A stretch of DNA of 45,564 bases from a virus. Lineage: Duplodnaviria; Caudoviricetes. The notes beneath the pieces are model-generated. The model was not told the DNA's origin. It did no database searches and saw only the letters and a list, made by a program, of their open reading frames with translations. Below, piece by piece: positions 35,002 to 44,823 of the stretch. Within the stretch, counting starts at the first letter, position 1, and the number at the start of each line of letters is the position of its first letter. A program made the position numbers and the translations under genes. The stretch is taken from positions 1-45,564 of the IMG/VR virus record IMGVR_UViG_3300036520_000020, one strand, 5' to 3'.

Positions 35002-37813
35002 AGAGATCCATAAGCTGATCCTGTACGCCGAGACGCGGGGTCTGGCCGAGTCCCAGCGCCAGCTGCAGGAGCTAGCGAACAAGACTGGCGAGGTCACGAA
35101 GGCCGTTGAGCAGGAAGCCCGGGCCTATATCGACCTGGAGACGAAGCTTCACCGCAACGCGACGATCAACGACCAGGTCACGAAGGCGACACGAGCCCTC
35201 GCTCAGTCCCTGAAGGATATCGAGCGGGCGCGGGCTGCAGGGATCAACGTCGCGGGCCAAGAAGAGGCTGTTCTGGCCAAACTCGCGCACGAGTATGGCG
35301 ATGCAGGTCGGGCTGTCGCTGGGTACGCGGCTCAGATCCAGAAGCTGATCCAGGCAGAGGCGACGGCAGGCAACAGCCGCTCGCCCCTGTCCCCGGCTAA
35401 TCTCAACAGCATCACGTCACAAGTTCGGGCATCCAGGGAGCTTTCGGCTGCGTCGGTTCAGGCAGCCGAGAGCATGAAGGGTCTCAGCCGCGCTGCCACG
35501 GCAACGCACGAGCCCATCCGTCTTCAAGGCTGGCAGCTTCGTCAGCTGGGGCAGCAATTCACCGATCTGGCCGTTCAAATCGGAAGCGGACAAGGGCTGT
35601 TCAGACCCTTGTTGCAGCAGGGGCCGCAGGTGGTTGACGCTATGGGCGGCGTCTCGAACGCGACATTGCTGCTACGGCAGCGATGGGAGGGCCTGTCAGG
35701 CGTCACACGCGGTGGCCTTATCGCCGGCGGCGCTCTTGTCGGTATCGGTGCGGCTACCGTTGCTATCGGCAGCCTTGCCGATGCCCTCGCGCGGGCCGCG
35801 ACGGGCGATGCCTACGAGAAGAGCGTGCAGCGCAAGCGCGACGCCGCTCAGGGCTTCATTACGTCTCTGGGCAATCTCGCGACCGCCGCCGCTGATTGGT
35901 CGGGCGTGGCCAGGGGCATGACGGCCGTCAACGACGGTGTGGCGGCTTCCTGGCGGGCCATCCAGGAGCGGGTCGAGGGGGCCGCCGCTGCGATCCGTAG
36001 TCTGCCCACCGGACCGGTCAACGTAGGCCCGGCAGGGGGGCCGCAGACAGGCAACACTGCCCCGCCCATTGCACTGGCCCAGAACAACGCCGCGGGCCGC
36101 TACGGGGCTTCTCTGGCGGCTGGCCTTGATCGCGAAATGGAAGTGGCGCGGGCTCGTCTGCGGGATGCAGCCGCCGACGTGGCCCAGTCAACGGACTTCG
36201 TAGCCGACAGGATTACCGGCATGGTTGGCCCTATGCGCGGGCTCGGTGGCGCGGTTGAGAGCTTCGACGACATGGCGCGCGGTGCGGTCGGTCGGGTCAA
36301 CGACGCAGTGGCAGCGGGGGACAAGGGCATTCGGTTTTTTGCGGGCGGCGTCGAGTATGCTGGCTCCATTGCGGGCGGCGCGGTGCAGCCGATCGACGCG
36401 CTCGCCAACGGGGTAGCTGGCCTTGGCAACACCGCCGCACAAGTCGCGGCGAATGTCGGGCACTCTATCCAGACGCTCGCCAACGGCATTCAGATCATCC
36501 GGGGAACGGGCTCGACGGCTCAGCAGCAGACCGCAGGACCGTTCGGGGGCTCCGGCTTCCGTGCTATGACCTTTGAAGAACAGCAGGCCCTCAACGCCCG
36601 CTATGAGGCGCAGCGGAAGGCTACGGCGGCAACGCAAGAGGGAACGCGGGCACTGGATAGTCTCACCGTGCAGTCTGTGGCTGTGGGCGGCGCTGTAGCC
36701 GGTGCTGCATCCAAGTTCCAGCAAGCGGCTGTCGCCATCCGGCTCAGCACAAGCCGTCTTTCTACTGACCTATCAGGCGGACGCTCGGCACAGGATACCC
36801 TTGGCGGCTCCTACGGCATGAGCGCGGAAGCACGGCAGGTTAAAGACTTGTTCGAAACCTTGTTCGGGGAAGGCGGCTCGACAGGCCAAGTCAGGACACA
36901 GGGCCGGTTCACGCCGAACGGGCGCGGCGTCGTCATTGATACGATGTATCAAGGGCAGGCGAACGCTCAGGGCCGCGCCTACTTCGAGGAACAGCGGCAA
37001 GGGGCTATGGCGGCCCTCGACGCCCGCCGCGCCGCCTTGGCTGACCGTCAGGGCGATATTTCCACCCGCGCCATCGACAAGCAGATAGACGCGCTCCGCA
37101 GGGCGAATGAAGCTTTCCGCGAGCTAAGGGCGCCCGAGAAGCCGAGCGATGCCGTTCGCACCGTTGACCCGAGCGCATACAACCTTCAGAGCAACGACGC
37201 CTTTTTCTACGACCCAGCGAGCCGCGAAGCCTTTGCCGAGCGCGCGGGCATCGACATGCGCTCCGATGCTCAGAAGGCATACGAGCAACAATTGCGGCAG
37301 TATGAGCAGGACCGTTCCGCGCTCCAAATCGACCAAGCGACCTACGACGCGAACCTGAAGCAAATCGAACTGTTAGAGGCTCAGCTAGAGGCAATCCGCG
37401 CCCAGGCCGAAGCGCGCCAGGCGAACCGCGACGCTCAGGACATGGCAGCCGAGCAGAAAGCCATTGACCTTGAGGCCAAGACCAATCCGTTCCTCAACAC
37501 CAACATCGCTCGCATGATGCGGCAGCCGACGCAGGGCGAATTGCTGGCTCAGCGGACCAAGGGTGCGAGCTACCTAGGGGCTTTTGCCGAAGGCTTCGAC
37601 GGGATTGTTCAGGGACGGCCGGGCCGCGATGCCAACCGCGTCGTCATGGACCTGACGAGCCGCGAACGGGTCACGGTCACGCCAGTGGGCAAAGAGCGCC
37701 CGCGCGAAACGCGGCCCCTCATCATCAACTTCAATGTTCGCGACGGTCAAACTATCCTGCAATCGCGGGGTGAGCTGATGCGCTTTGCGGGTGCTCTGGC
37801 GGGCAAGGCATGA
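34988..37813 (+). CDS. tail tape measure protein
   Basis: 941 aa, Ala/Gly-rich; QLGQQFTDLAVQIGSGQ...LLQQGPQ lambda-type TMP motif. Confidence 0.92.
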   Translation: MANLEEIHKLILYAETRGLAESQRQLQELANKTGEVTKAVEQEARAYIDLETKLHRNATINDQVTKATRALAQSLKDIERARAAGINVAGQEEAVLAKLAHEYGDAGRAVAGYAAQIQKLIQAEATAGNSRSPLSPANLNSITSQVRASRELSAASVQAAESMKGLSRAATATHEPIRLQGWQLRQLGQQFTDLAVQIGSGQGLFRPLLQQGPQVVDAMGGVSNATLLLRQRWEGLSGVTRGGLIAGGALVGIGAATVAIGSLADALARAATGDAYEKSVQRKRDAAQGFITSLGNLATAAADWSGVARGMTAVNDGVAASWRAIQERVEGAAAAIRSLPTGPVNVGPAGGPQTGNTAPPIALAQNNAAGRYGASLAAGLDREMEVARARLRDAAADVAQSTDFVADRITGMVGPMRGLGGAVESFDDMARGAVGRVNDAVAAGDKGIRFFAGGVEYAGSIAGGAVQPIDALANGVAGLGNTAAQVAANVGHSIQTLANGIQIIRGTGSTAQQQTAGPFGGSGFRAMTFEEQQALNARYEAQRKATAATQEGTRALDSLTVQSVAVGGAVAGAASKFQQAAVAIRLSTSRLSTDLSGGRSAQDTLGGSYGMSAEARQVKDLFETLFGEGGSTGQVRTQGRFTPNGRGVVIDTMYQGQANAQGRAYFEEQRQGAMAALDARRAALADRQGDISTRAIDKQIDALRRANEAFRELRAPEKPSDAVRTVDPSAYNLQSNDAFFYDPASREAFAERAGIDMRSDAQKAYEQQLRQYEQDRSALQIDQATYDANLKQIELLEAQLEAIRAQAEARQANRDAQDMAAEQKAIDLEAKTNPFLNTNIARMMRQPTQGELLAQRTKGASYLGAFAEGFDGIVQGRPGRDANRVVMDLTSRERVTVTPVGKERPRETRPLIINFNVRDGQTILQSRGELMRFAGALAGKA

Positions 37814-38337
37814 TCGAAGTCCTAAAATATCGCCTGCCGACGCGGATTGAGAAGGCCGTCGCGGTAGACGTGATCGGAGGGCCTGAGTTTCAAACCCGCA
37901 TCTATCCGTCCGTTTCGGGCTATGAGGAGCGGCAGGTTGAGCGCGACCGCGCCGTAAGGCGGTGGACGATTGATCTTGTGTTGCTCAACCTCAAGCACTC
38001 CGAGGTGCGGCAGCTTGAGAGCGTATTTCGTGTGTGTCGTGGTCAGGCGGGAGCCTTCCTGTTCAAGGGACCTGGCGAAGATCATATCTGCCGCGACCTC
38101 GTGACCATCGACGGCAAGTCCTACGAGCGGCACCGCATCACGGACCTCGACGGCGTGAACCATGACTATTTCACGCCGCTGCTTCACATCATCCCCGGCA
38201 CCATCAGCGGCAGCTATTGTGAGTATCTGACAGCGGTTCGCTTCGGCACAGACTATTGGGCCCGTAAGTCGCAGACGACCACGCTGGGCGGTATCGATAG
38301 CATAGAGCTAGTCGAGCACCTAGAGGACCATCCGTGA
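37810..38337 (+). CDS. distal tail protein (DUF2460-like, GTA-type)
   Basis: GGPEFQTRI---SGYEER...FR-CRGQAGAFLFK...VRFGTD...IELVE. Confidence 0.8.
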   Translation: MIEVLKYRLPTRIEKAVAVDVIGGPEFQTRIYPSVSGYEERQVERDRAVRRWTIDLVLLNLKHSEVRQLESVFRVCRGQAGAFLFKGPGEDHICRDLVTIDGKSYERHRITDLDGVNHDYFTPLLHIIPGTISGSYCEYLTAVRFGTDYWARKSQTTTLGGIDSIELVEHLEDHP

Positions 38338-39860
38338 AGGCGTTTTCGGCTGGCTTGACGACAGCCCTTGCCTCGCGGGTTCGCAAGCTCCGCAAGGGCG
38401 TCATCATCGAACGCCTGGACGAAACGATTGTGCGCTTCACCGACGCTCAGAAGGCGTGGGAGATAGACGGCGAAATCTATGTGCCGGGGCGCGGCGTTCA
38501 GCTTGCCTCTATCGCGATGCAGGCAAACAGCACAACGACGCGCTGGGACATGATCGTTGCAGACGGCGGGTTGCTCGCCAAGAACGATTTGCGCTCGGGC
38601 ATCTATGATAAGGCGCGGGTGCGCGTGTTCCTCTATGATGAGGACGAGACCGCGCCCGATCGTGACAACCTGCTTTTTGGCGGCAGCTTCGGCTCTATCG
38701 AGGTGAGCGAGCACGGCTATACCCGGATTGAGTGTGTTGGGCCGCTCGACAAGTCGCTTGCTCAGATCAGTTTCAACTATGGCCCGATCTGCCGCCGCGA
38801 TCTAGGCGACGGCTCTATCAGGACGCCGCTCGGGCTCCCTGGCTGCCCTGTCCATATTCACCCCTACGAGACGAGCCCATGGGTCTATGCAACGACCGTC
38901 GTTGGCGGCTCGGGCTATGACCTCACGATCGCGGACCCCGGCAACCCTGATGCGGTGCTCGGCTGGTACGCGAACGGGCGCATTGTCGTGCGAGACGGCT
39001 ACCTCAAGGGCAAGGTTTATCCGATCCGCACGAACGAGAGCCCGACCGCGCTCAAGCTGTTCCGCCCGCCGCTTGCCGCCCTCGCGCCGGGCACCTCCCT
39101 TTGGATCATCCCCGGCTGTGACAAGACACTCGGGCCGAACGGGCACCTCAAGTTCAACGCCAATGCCTATCAGTTCGACGCGGAGCCCTACATGCCATCC
39201 GAGGAAGCGGTCACGGCTCCTGCAATCCCGCCCGGCTCGCGCGAGAGCGGGCTTATGCTGGCCTATGGCGGCGATAATCAGAGCGACGATCCACTTATCA
39301 TCGACGCGGACGGGCGCACGGTTTACACGCAAGCGACCTCGCTCAACAACACGTTTACGGCATATGCCATCACGCAAACGGTTGAGCGAAAAACCTATCT
39401 CGAAGTGCTCATAGAGCAGTTCGGAGAGGAGACCCCGCAGGCCCCCATCAGCATCGGCGTGCGGGCGGTTGATCCGGCTCAAGCGGCGGTCGATTGGGTG
39501 CAGCGGTGGGCGGCTATCACCCTCGACCCGGCTATGGACGATGACGCCTATATCTACGTCAACGACATGCAGACGACGCCGCTCGTTGGGGCTGCTATCG
39601 GTGGGGCTCCCAAGCGGGTCATGATCGCGATTGACCCCGACGCCCGCAAGGTTTGGATCGGCCTCGACGGGGCATGGCTCGACGGGGCGAACCCTGCGAC
39701 GGGGGCGAACCCTACGGCGACCTATACCGCAGAGCGGGACGACAACCGCACGGCCTACCGCGTGGAAATCACCCTGAACCGGCGCGCTCAGCGGGTTGTC
39801 GCCGCGATCCTCGAGGCCGACCTCGCTTATAGCGCGCCCGCTGGCTTCCTGCCCTACTGA
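38334..39860 (+). CDS. baseplate hub protein (DUF2163-like) with extra C-terminal domain
   Basis: IERLD---RFTD...G-YD-ARV...CRRDLGD--C...PGCDKT; C-terminal ~200 aa beta-rich, SPRY-like (MIAID-DARKVWIG-DGAW...APAGF). Confidence 0.8.
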   Translation: MKAFSAGLTTALASRVRKLRKGVIIERLDETIVRFTDAQKAWEIDGEIYVPGRGVQLASIAMQANSTTTRWDMIVADGGLLAKNDLRSGIYDKARVRVFLYDEDETAPDRDNLLFGGSFGSIEVSEHGYTRIECVGPLDKSLAQISFNYGPICRRDLGDGSIRTPLGLPGCPVHIHPYETSPWVYATTVVGGSGYDLTIADPGNPDAVLGWYANGRIVVRDGYLKGKVYPIRTNESPTALKLFRPPLAALAPGTSLWIIPGCDKTLGPNGHLKFNANAYQFDAEPYMPSEEAVTAPAIPPGSRESGLMLAYGGDNQSDDPLIIDADGRTVYTQATSLNNTFTAYAITQTVERKTYLEVLIEQFGEETPQAPISIGVRAVDPAQAAVDWVQRWAAITLDPAMDDDAYIYVNDMQTTPLVGAAIGGAPKRVMIAIDPDARKVWIGLDGAWLDGANPATGANPTATYTAERDDNRTAYRVEITLNRRAQRVVAAILEADLAYSAPAGFLPY

Positions 39861-39877
39861 CCGGATCGCCCTCGCCC

Positions 39878-42376
39878 GTGGCCTCCTATCTCAACGCTGA
39901 TGGCTCCTACCGCTATGTGACCGGCTCGCAGGGCTGGGGGCAGGGCTTCAGCTATCAGAGCCCGACCGCAACCCCGACGCAGGCCCCCGCGCCTTCGGCT
40001 CCTGTTGCCTCGCCTGAGCCCCAGGCCCCGTCGCTGCCGCAACTTTCGCCGTTCATTCGGCCGCGAACCTCGGCTTGGAACTCGCCTATCCCGGTTTCGG
40101 TTGGGCGGCGCGTCATCGCGTTTCGAATGCTAGACCTTGACGAAAATCGCCGTCAGCAGGGCGTGAGCACGGAAACAGGGCTCACCTATTCGCATGTTGG
40201 GGTGCAGTATAGCGGCGGCTACAGCCTGCTTGACGATGCCAGCGAGCGGCATGTGCGGCGCGGGTGGGCGTTCGGACGCAAGTTCTTTGACCTTGATGCA
40301 GGTTTTGTAGAACCGGGCTGGGAGCCTGCTGTCGATTGGCTGTTTCAGCCAGGGGATCAGACGACGCCGCACCCCTATTTTGAGGCATTGCGCGGCACAG
40401 ACGCGGCCCCTGCCTATCAGCGGCAAATGGTGGCGACCTTCCCCAATATGTCGCTTGAGTTCTTTGCTGAGGAAATTCCCTCGATTACTCTTGAGGTTTG
40501 GGACGACAACGCTGGCACCCGTCCGCTCGTCAAGGACATTATCACGCTACTTGCTCAGCGCGCGACCCTCTATGATCCGGCCGACCTTGTGTTCGTTGGC
40601 ATGGATGATCTGGAAATCACGGGCGCGATCTTTGAGGAAAATATAGACTTCAAAGCGGTTCTACCGTTGTTCGCTCGTTTCTGCGGTTTCGATTGGTTTG
40701 AGGCAGGCGGAAAGCTGAAGTGCGTCAAGCGCGCCGATGCCGACTTTGACCCCGACGTTGTGCTCGACGTGCGCGACCTCATCGCGAGCAGCAATGAAGG
40801 CGGGTTCAAGACGAGCCGCCGCGATGAGGAGGAGCTACCCGCACAGATCGCGATTAGCTACTATGATGAGAGTATCCAGTTTAAGCCATCGGTTCAGCAG
40901 GCCAGGCTAGAACAAGAGCCCGCCCGCGTGGTGCAGTCGCGGCGGCAGGAGAGCCTTAGCGTCCCCTTTGTGGTCTCGGCCACGGAAGCCATGACGGCGG
41001 CCAGCCATATCCTTGATCGCGAGTCAGCGCAGGCGATTTCGCATGGCCCCGTGCAATTGCCGCCGTCTCATATCGCGCTTGAGCCGGCCGACCTCCTGCA
41101 AATAGACGACGGCACGCATAGCTTTGTGATGAAGGCTAGTTCTGTCACGATCAACTCTGACAACAGCATCAGCGTTCAAGCGTTCGGGGTCAGCACGTCG
41201 GTTGACTACACCCGCGAGGGCTATGCGGGCGAGCCGCCCGGCGCTCCGCTCTACCCCGTGCCCGTTGAGCTAGAAGGCTCGGCAGCAGGCGCGGGCGGCG
41301 CGGCTGGTACGCTCAGCGTCGGGCTGTCAACGGACAAGAACCTTACCGGGGCGGTTAGCGGCACAGGTGCCGCGGCAGGCACGCTCTCGCAGGTTCCGCC
41401 CACCAACTTGATCGGCGACGCCAGCGGCACAGGTGCGGCAGCGGGCACGATGACAAAGGGCTTTTCGCTATCGGGTGACGCGGCGGGTTCGGGTCAGGCA
41501 GCAGGCGCAATCGCGTCGATGGGCGGCGGCACTCCCGATGCGCCTAGCGACATGCAACAGCGGACCTTGGAGAGCGACACCACGCCGACCGTGCGTGTGT
41601 TCCTTCCTGCCAACGCCGCTTTTGGTGATGTGGTTACAGTCGAGACCGCGACTAACAGTGGCTTCACAACCGGCGCGGTGACGTGGCCCACCGAGACTCT
41701 AGACTTAACCGACATCAGCAACGGCTACGTCGATGTAACCGCTACGTCGGCCATGGTGACGGGAGAATACTTTGCTCGCGCTAACCTCGCTCGCGGCAGC
41801 AATGTCGGGGCGTGGTTCTCGCCTTCGACACAGCGCGTCTATGTGGACACGCGCAGTAACGTTACAGGGCGGTCTATCGACTTTGCCGACACGGGATGGA
41901 CGGCTAACGGACAACAGCAAAACGTCTCTGTCACGTCTGTCGCGGGTGCTCCCGATGGGGGAAACTTCGCTCGCGTCAAGACAGTCGCCGGGGGTTCTCA
42001 AACACGCCTTGCTACATTTACAGCGAGTTTCAGCTCCCACAACAAAGACTCGATTTTCTACTTCAAGCCGGGCTCTGCTCCCCATGCTTATCTGCATACT
42101 CGCGTCAACGACGCGGGCAACAAGGGGCGCTCCATTGACACAACGACGGGCGCAACGGGTGCGGGCGTCTATGACGGCACGACCGCTACGGCAGCGGTAA
42201 CAAGCATACTCGTCTGTGATGCAGGTCAGGGCTGGAAGCGTGTTCGGATACGGCACAACGGCAGCACGGGTAATATCTATTTCGCTATCGCGGTTAGTGA
42301 CTCGATTACAAATACGAACACTACAGTCACGGACGATACAACAGACTTCTGGCAAGTCATGATGAAGAATGTCTAG
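39878..42376 (+). CDS. tail tip / central fibre protein
   Basis: PIPVSVG, APAYQR, IPSITLEV, RRDEEELP-QI-ISYYD, LEPADL; C-terminal Gly/Ala repeats and Thr-rich beta domains. Confidence 0.82.
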   Translation: MASYLNADGSYRYVTGSQGWGQGFSYQSPTATPTQAPAPSAPVASPEPQAPSLPQLSPFIRPRTSAWNSPIPVSVGRRVIAFRMLDLDENRRQQGVSTETGLTYSHVGVQYSGGYSLLDDASERHVRRGWAFGRKFFDLDAGFVEPGWEPAVDWLFQPGDQTTPHPYFEALRGTDAAPAYQRQMVATFPNMSLEFFAEEIPSITLEVWDDNAGTRPLVKDIITLLAQRATLYDPADLVFVGMDDLEITGAIFEENIDFKAVLPLFARFCGFDWFEAGGKLKCVKRADADFDPDVVLDVRDLIASSNEGGFKTSRRDEEELPAQIAISYYDESIQFKPSVQQARLEQEPARVVQSRRQESLSVPFVVSATEAMTAASHILDRESAQAISHGPVQLPPSHIALEPADLLQIDDGTHSFVMKASSVTINSDNSISVQAFGVSTSVDYTREGYAGEPPGAPLYPVPVELEGSAAGAGGAAGTLSVGLSTDKNLTGAVSGTGAAAGTLSQVPPTNLIGDASGTGAAAGTMTKGFSLSGDAAGSGQAAGAIASMGGGTPDAPSDMQQRTLESDTTPTVRVFLPANAAFGDVVTVETATNSGFTTGAVTWPTETLDLTDISNGYVDVTATSAMVTGEYFARANLARGSNVGAWFSPSTQRVYVDTRSNVTGRSIDFADTGWTANGQQQNVSVTSVAGAPDGGNFARVKTVAGGSQTRLATFTASFSSHNKDSIFYFKPGSAPHAYLHTRVNDAGNKGRSIDTTTGATGAGVYDGTTATAAVTSILVCDAGQGWKRVRIRHNGSTGNIYFAIAVSDSITNTNTTVTDDTTDFWQVMMKNV

Positions 42377-42438
42377 CGTCGGTCGCGCCACTACCATCCA
42401 CGGTGAGTTTCTTAACCTCCTGAAAGGGGTCTGTTGTC

Positions 42439-42837
42439 ATGTCTGAGCTTTCCGACTTCCTCGAAACCAAGATCATTGAGCATTTCTTTCGGGGCAACGC
42501 ACAAGCCGCGACAACGCCTTATGTCGGGCTGTTCTCTGTCATGCCCGCCGACGACGGCACGGGCGGAACGGAAGTCACAACGACCATCCGTGTTGCGGGC
42601 CGCGTTGCGGCTGGCTTCGCGGCTTCCTCTGGTGGCTCCGGTCAGGTTGCCAACAGTGCTGATGTTGATTTCGGCGCGGCGGCAGGCGGCGCGACCGTCG
42701 TTGGTTTCGGCCTGTTCGATGCCGCATCGGGCGGCAACCTCCTAGCCTATTCGCCACTCACAGGCGGCTCTCAAGCAGTGGGCGCGGGTAATACCGTGAA
42801 ATTCGCGGCTGGCGCCCTGACCATCACGATCGCCTAA
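42439..42837 (+). CDS. small tail fibre-associated protein
   Basis: LSDFLE-KII-H-FRG...YVGLF...GTEV...GLFDAASGGNLL...FAAGALTIT. Confidence 0.75.
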   Translation: MSELSDFLETKIIEHFFRGNAQAATTPYVGLFSVMPADDGTGGTEVTTTIRVAGRVAAGFAASSGGSGQVANSADVDFGAAAGGATVVGFGLFDAASGGNLLAYSPLTGGSQAVGAGNTVKFAAGALTITIA

Positions 42838-42892
42838 AGGTCACGCGCGGCACCTAAAGCCGCCGCACCCTTCGGGGCCTAGAGGAAAGCCC

Positions 42893-43879
42893 ATGAGAGA
42901 AAACTTTGAGCGGTCCCTTGTCGAAGTGCTTCCGCATGAGGGCGGCTACGCAAACCATCCCGCCGACCCAGGCGGGGCCACCATGCGAGGCGTCACGCAG
43001 GCCACCTACAACGGCTGGCGAGCCAAGCAAGGGCTTTCGTGGCAGTCGGTGCGAGCCATCAGCGAGGCAGAGCTACAGGCCATCTATCGCCGCGACTATT
43101 GGGACGCGGCGGGCTGCGACCGGCTTTATCCTGGCGTCGATTTCGCCGTCTTTGATCTAGCCGTCAACAGCGGTGTCGGCAGGGCTCGACAGCTTCTCGC
43201 CCAAGCCATCGGCAGCAATGACCATGCCGAGACGGTTCGTCGCCTCTGCGACCTACGAATGCAATTCCTGCGCGGGCTCCGCACTTGGTCGACATTCGGC
43301 AAGGGCTGGGCTTCGCGCGTCAATGACGTGCAAGCAAAGGGCGTGGCCTGGGCACGGGCGGCCATGGCTCAGAACGTCACTCTCCCGCCCGTCGCAAAGC
43401 CAGAGGTTCCCATGCCCCCCGTCATCACTCCCCAGCCTAAGCCCTGGTATCTGTCTCGTACCGTCATCGGTGCTCTTATTGCGATTGCCTCGCCTCTGCT
43501 GGCGAAGTTCATCCCTGCGGCAGCCGGGATTGACCCTAACCAAGCGACCACGACGATTCTAACGCTGTTAGAAACCCTGGGGCCGCTCTTTGGCGGCGCT
43601 CTAGCCCTCATCGGCAGGGTAGGAGCCACAAACCCCATTGCGGGCACTCAGGCCGCACAGGTGGTCGAACAGCGATACACGCAAGCTCTGCTTGCTCCGT
43701 CGCCCGTGCAACAGGCTCAGCCCGTACAGGAGGCTTGGGCTCAGCCGCAGGCATCCGGTCCGGTGCTCACGGACCTCCCGCTTAACCTGCTCGTCTCACA
43801 GCTCCCGCAAGTGCTCGGGCTCTTGGGGCAGTTGAGCGAGGCGACGCGGCAGAACGAGCCGCCGCGTCCGCAATCATGA
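42893..43879 (+). CDS. GH108 endolysin with C-terminal membrane domain
   Basis: HEGGYANHPADPGGATMRGVT, FD-AVNSG-GRA, TW-TFGKGW--RV; then KPWYLSRT plus two hydrophobic segments. Confidence 0.9.
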   Translation: MRENFERSLVEVLPHEGGYANHPADPGGATMRGVTQATYNGWRAKQGLSWQSVRAISEAELQAIYRRDYWDAAGCDRLYPGVDFAVFDLAVNSGVGRARQLLAQAIGSNDHAETVRRLCDLRMQFLRGLRTWSTFGKGWASRVNDVQAKGVAWARAAMAQNVTLPPVAKPEVPMPPVITPQPKPWYLSRTVIGALIAIASPLLAKFIPAAAGIDPNQATTTILTLLETLGPLFGGALALIGRVGATNPIAGTQAAQVVEQRYTQALLAPSPVQQAQPVQEAWAQPQASGPVLTDLPLNLLVSQLPQVLGLLGQLSEATRQNEPPRPQS

Positions 43880-43928
43880 AAACCTACGCCCTTAGGATGA
43901 TTCTCTCTACGTTTGCGGTCGGCTGAGT

Positions 43929-44282
43929 ATGGCTCCATTCGAACCCAATCAGCCGCCGCAGTCAGCGGCTGACTTTGCACGTGAAGTCGCTCGCCTGATG
44001 CGCGAGCACGCCTCAGAAGCACTCGTGAGCCGCGACGACGTTCAGCACATCGCTGAGGTGGCCGCTGACAAGGCTACAAAGCGGCTGATGGACCGCCTCG
44101 GGATCGATGAGGAGGAGCTCGCGAAAGAGCGTCTTGACCGCATGTGGGTCCGGCGCCGCCGTGAGGTGGAAGAAGCCGTCGTCAAGCAGGGCATCGGCGC
44201 CGTGGTGCTGGCACTCCTGGCGGGCGTGGGCACTGCCGTCGCATTCTGGATCAAATCAGGTGCGCCTGGGGGACCAAAATGA
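43929..44282 (+). CDS. membrane protein (holin/antiholin candidate)
   Basis: C-terminal TM GIGAVVLALLAGVGTAVAFWI; next to the lysin. Confidence 0.6.
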   Translation: MAPFEPNQPPQSAADFAREVARLMREHASEALVSRDDVQHIAEVAADKATKRLMDRLGIDEEELAKERLDRMWVRRRREVEEAVVKQGIGAVVLALLAGVGTAVAFWIKSGAPGGPK

Positions 44283-44755
44283 GGCGGACGCTCGCAAAGC
44301 ATACCCTTGCAGCTCTCATCGTCTGGCCAGTCGCATTCTTTATTGCCGCGTTGCTGTGGCTCAGTACGGGCCCCATCATCGAAGCCCGGATCGCGCCGGT
44401 TCTTGTTGAGCAGGTAGCGACGAATGTTGGGCGTATGGGCGCTCGGGTGTGTTGGACCTGGGGATACGTCAAAGCACGCCCAGCTGTGCCACGAACCTTT
44501 GCCTTCAGCTTTAGTTTGGGCGGTCGCGCTGTCCGATCCGCCGTTCCGGTTCGTCTGCCAGACGGAAAGGCACTGGATCGTGTCGAGGTTCGCCCGCCAG
44601 GAGCGGGGGCGGTGGACCTGTGTACGGAAGTGCCGGGGGACCTAGCTACCATCCCCGGCCTCGTCATCCTCGGTTCGGCCGAATACGAAACGAACCATCA
44701 CCTCTGGACGATCTGGCAGGATTTGCCACCCGTCCGAGTGCCGGACCCCAACTGA
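44279..44755 (+). CDS. N-terminally anchored membrane protein
   Basis: TM LAALIVWPVAFFIAALLWL followed by a beta-rich domain; ATGA overlap. Confidence 0.65.
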   Translation: MRRTLAKHTLAALIVWPVAFFIAALLWLSTGPIIEARIAPVLVEQVATNVGRMGARVCWTWGYVKARPAVPRTFAFSFSLGGRAVRSAVPVRLPDGKALDRVEVRPPGAGAVDLCTEVPGDLATIPGLVILGSAEYETNHHLWTIWQDLPPVRVPDPN

Positions 44756-44785
44756 TCCCTCCGGAAACCTTACCCCGATTCACTC

Positions 44786-44810
44786 AGCCGCCCTTTGAGG
44801 CGGCTTTTTC
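44786..44810 (+). terminator. intrinsic terminator
   Basis: AGCCGCC-CTTTGA-GGCGGCT-TTTTC. Confidence 0.75.
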
Positions 44811-44823
44811 TATGGAGACACCC

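Noticed and set aside
37810-42376. Gene transfer agent cluster
   Set aside because: GTA-like tip genes are embedded in a full prophage with integrase, repressor and replication genes
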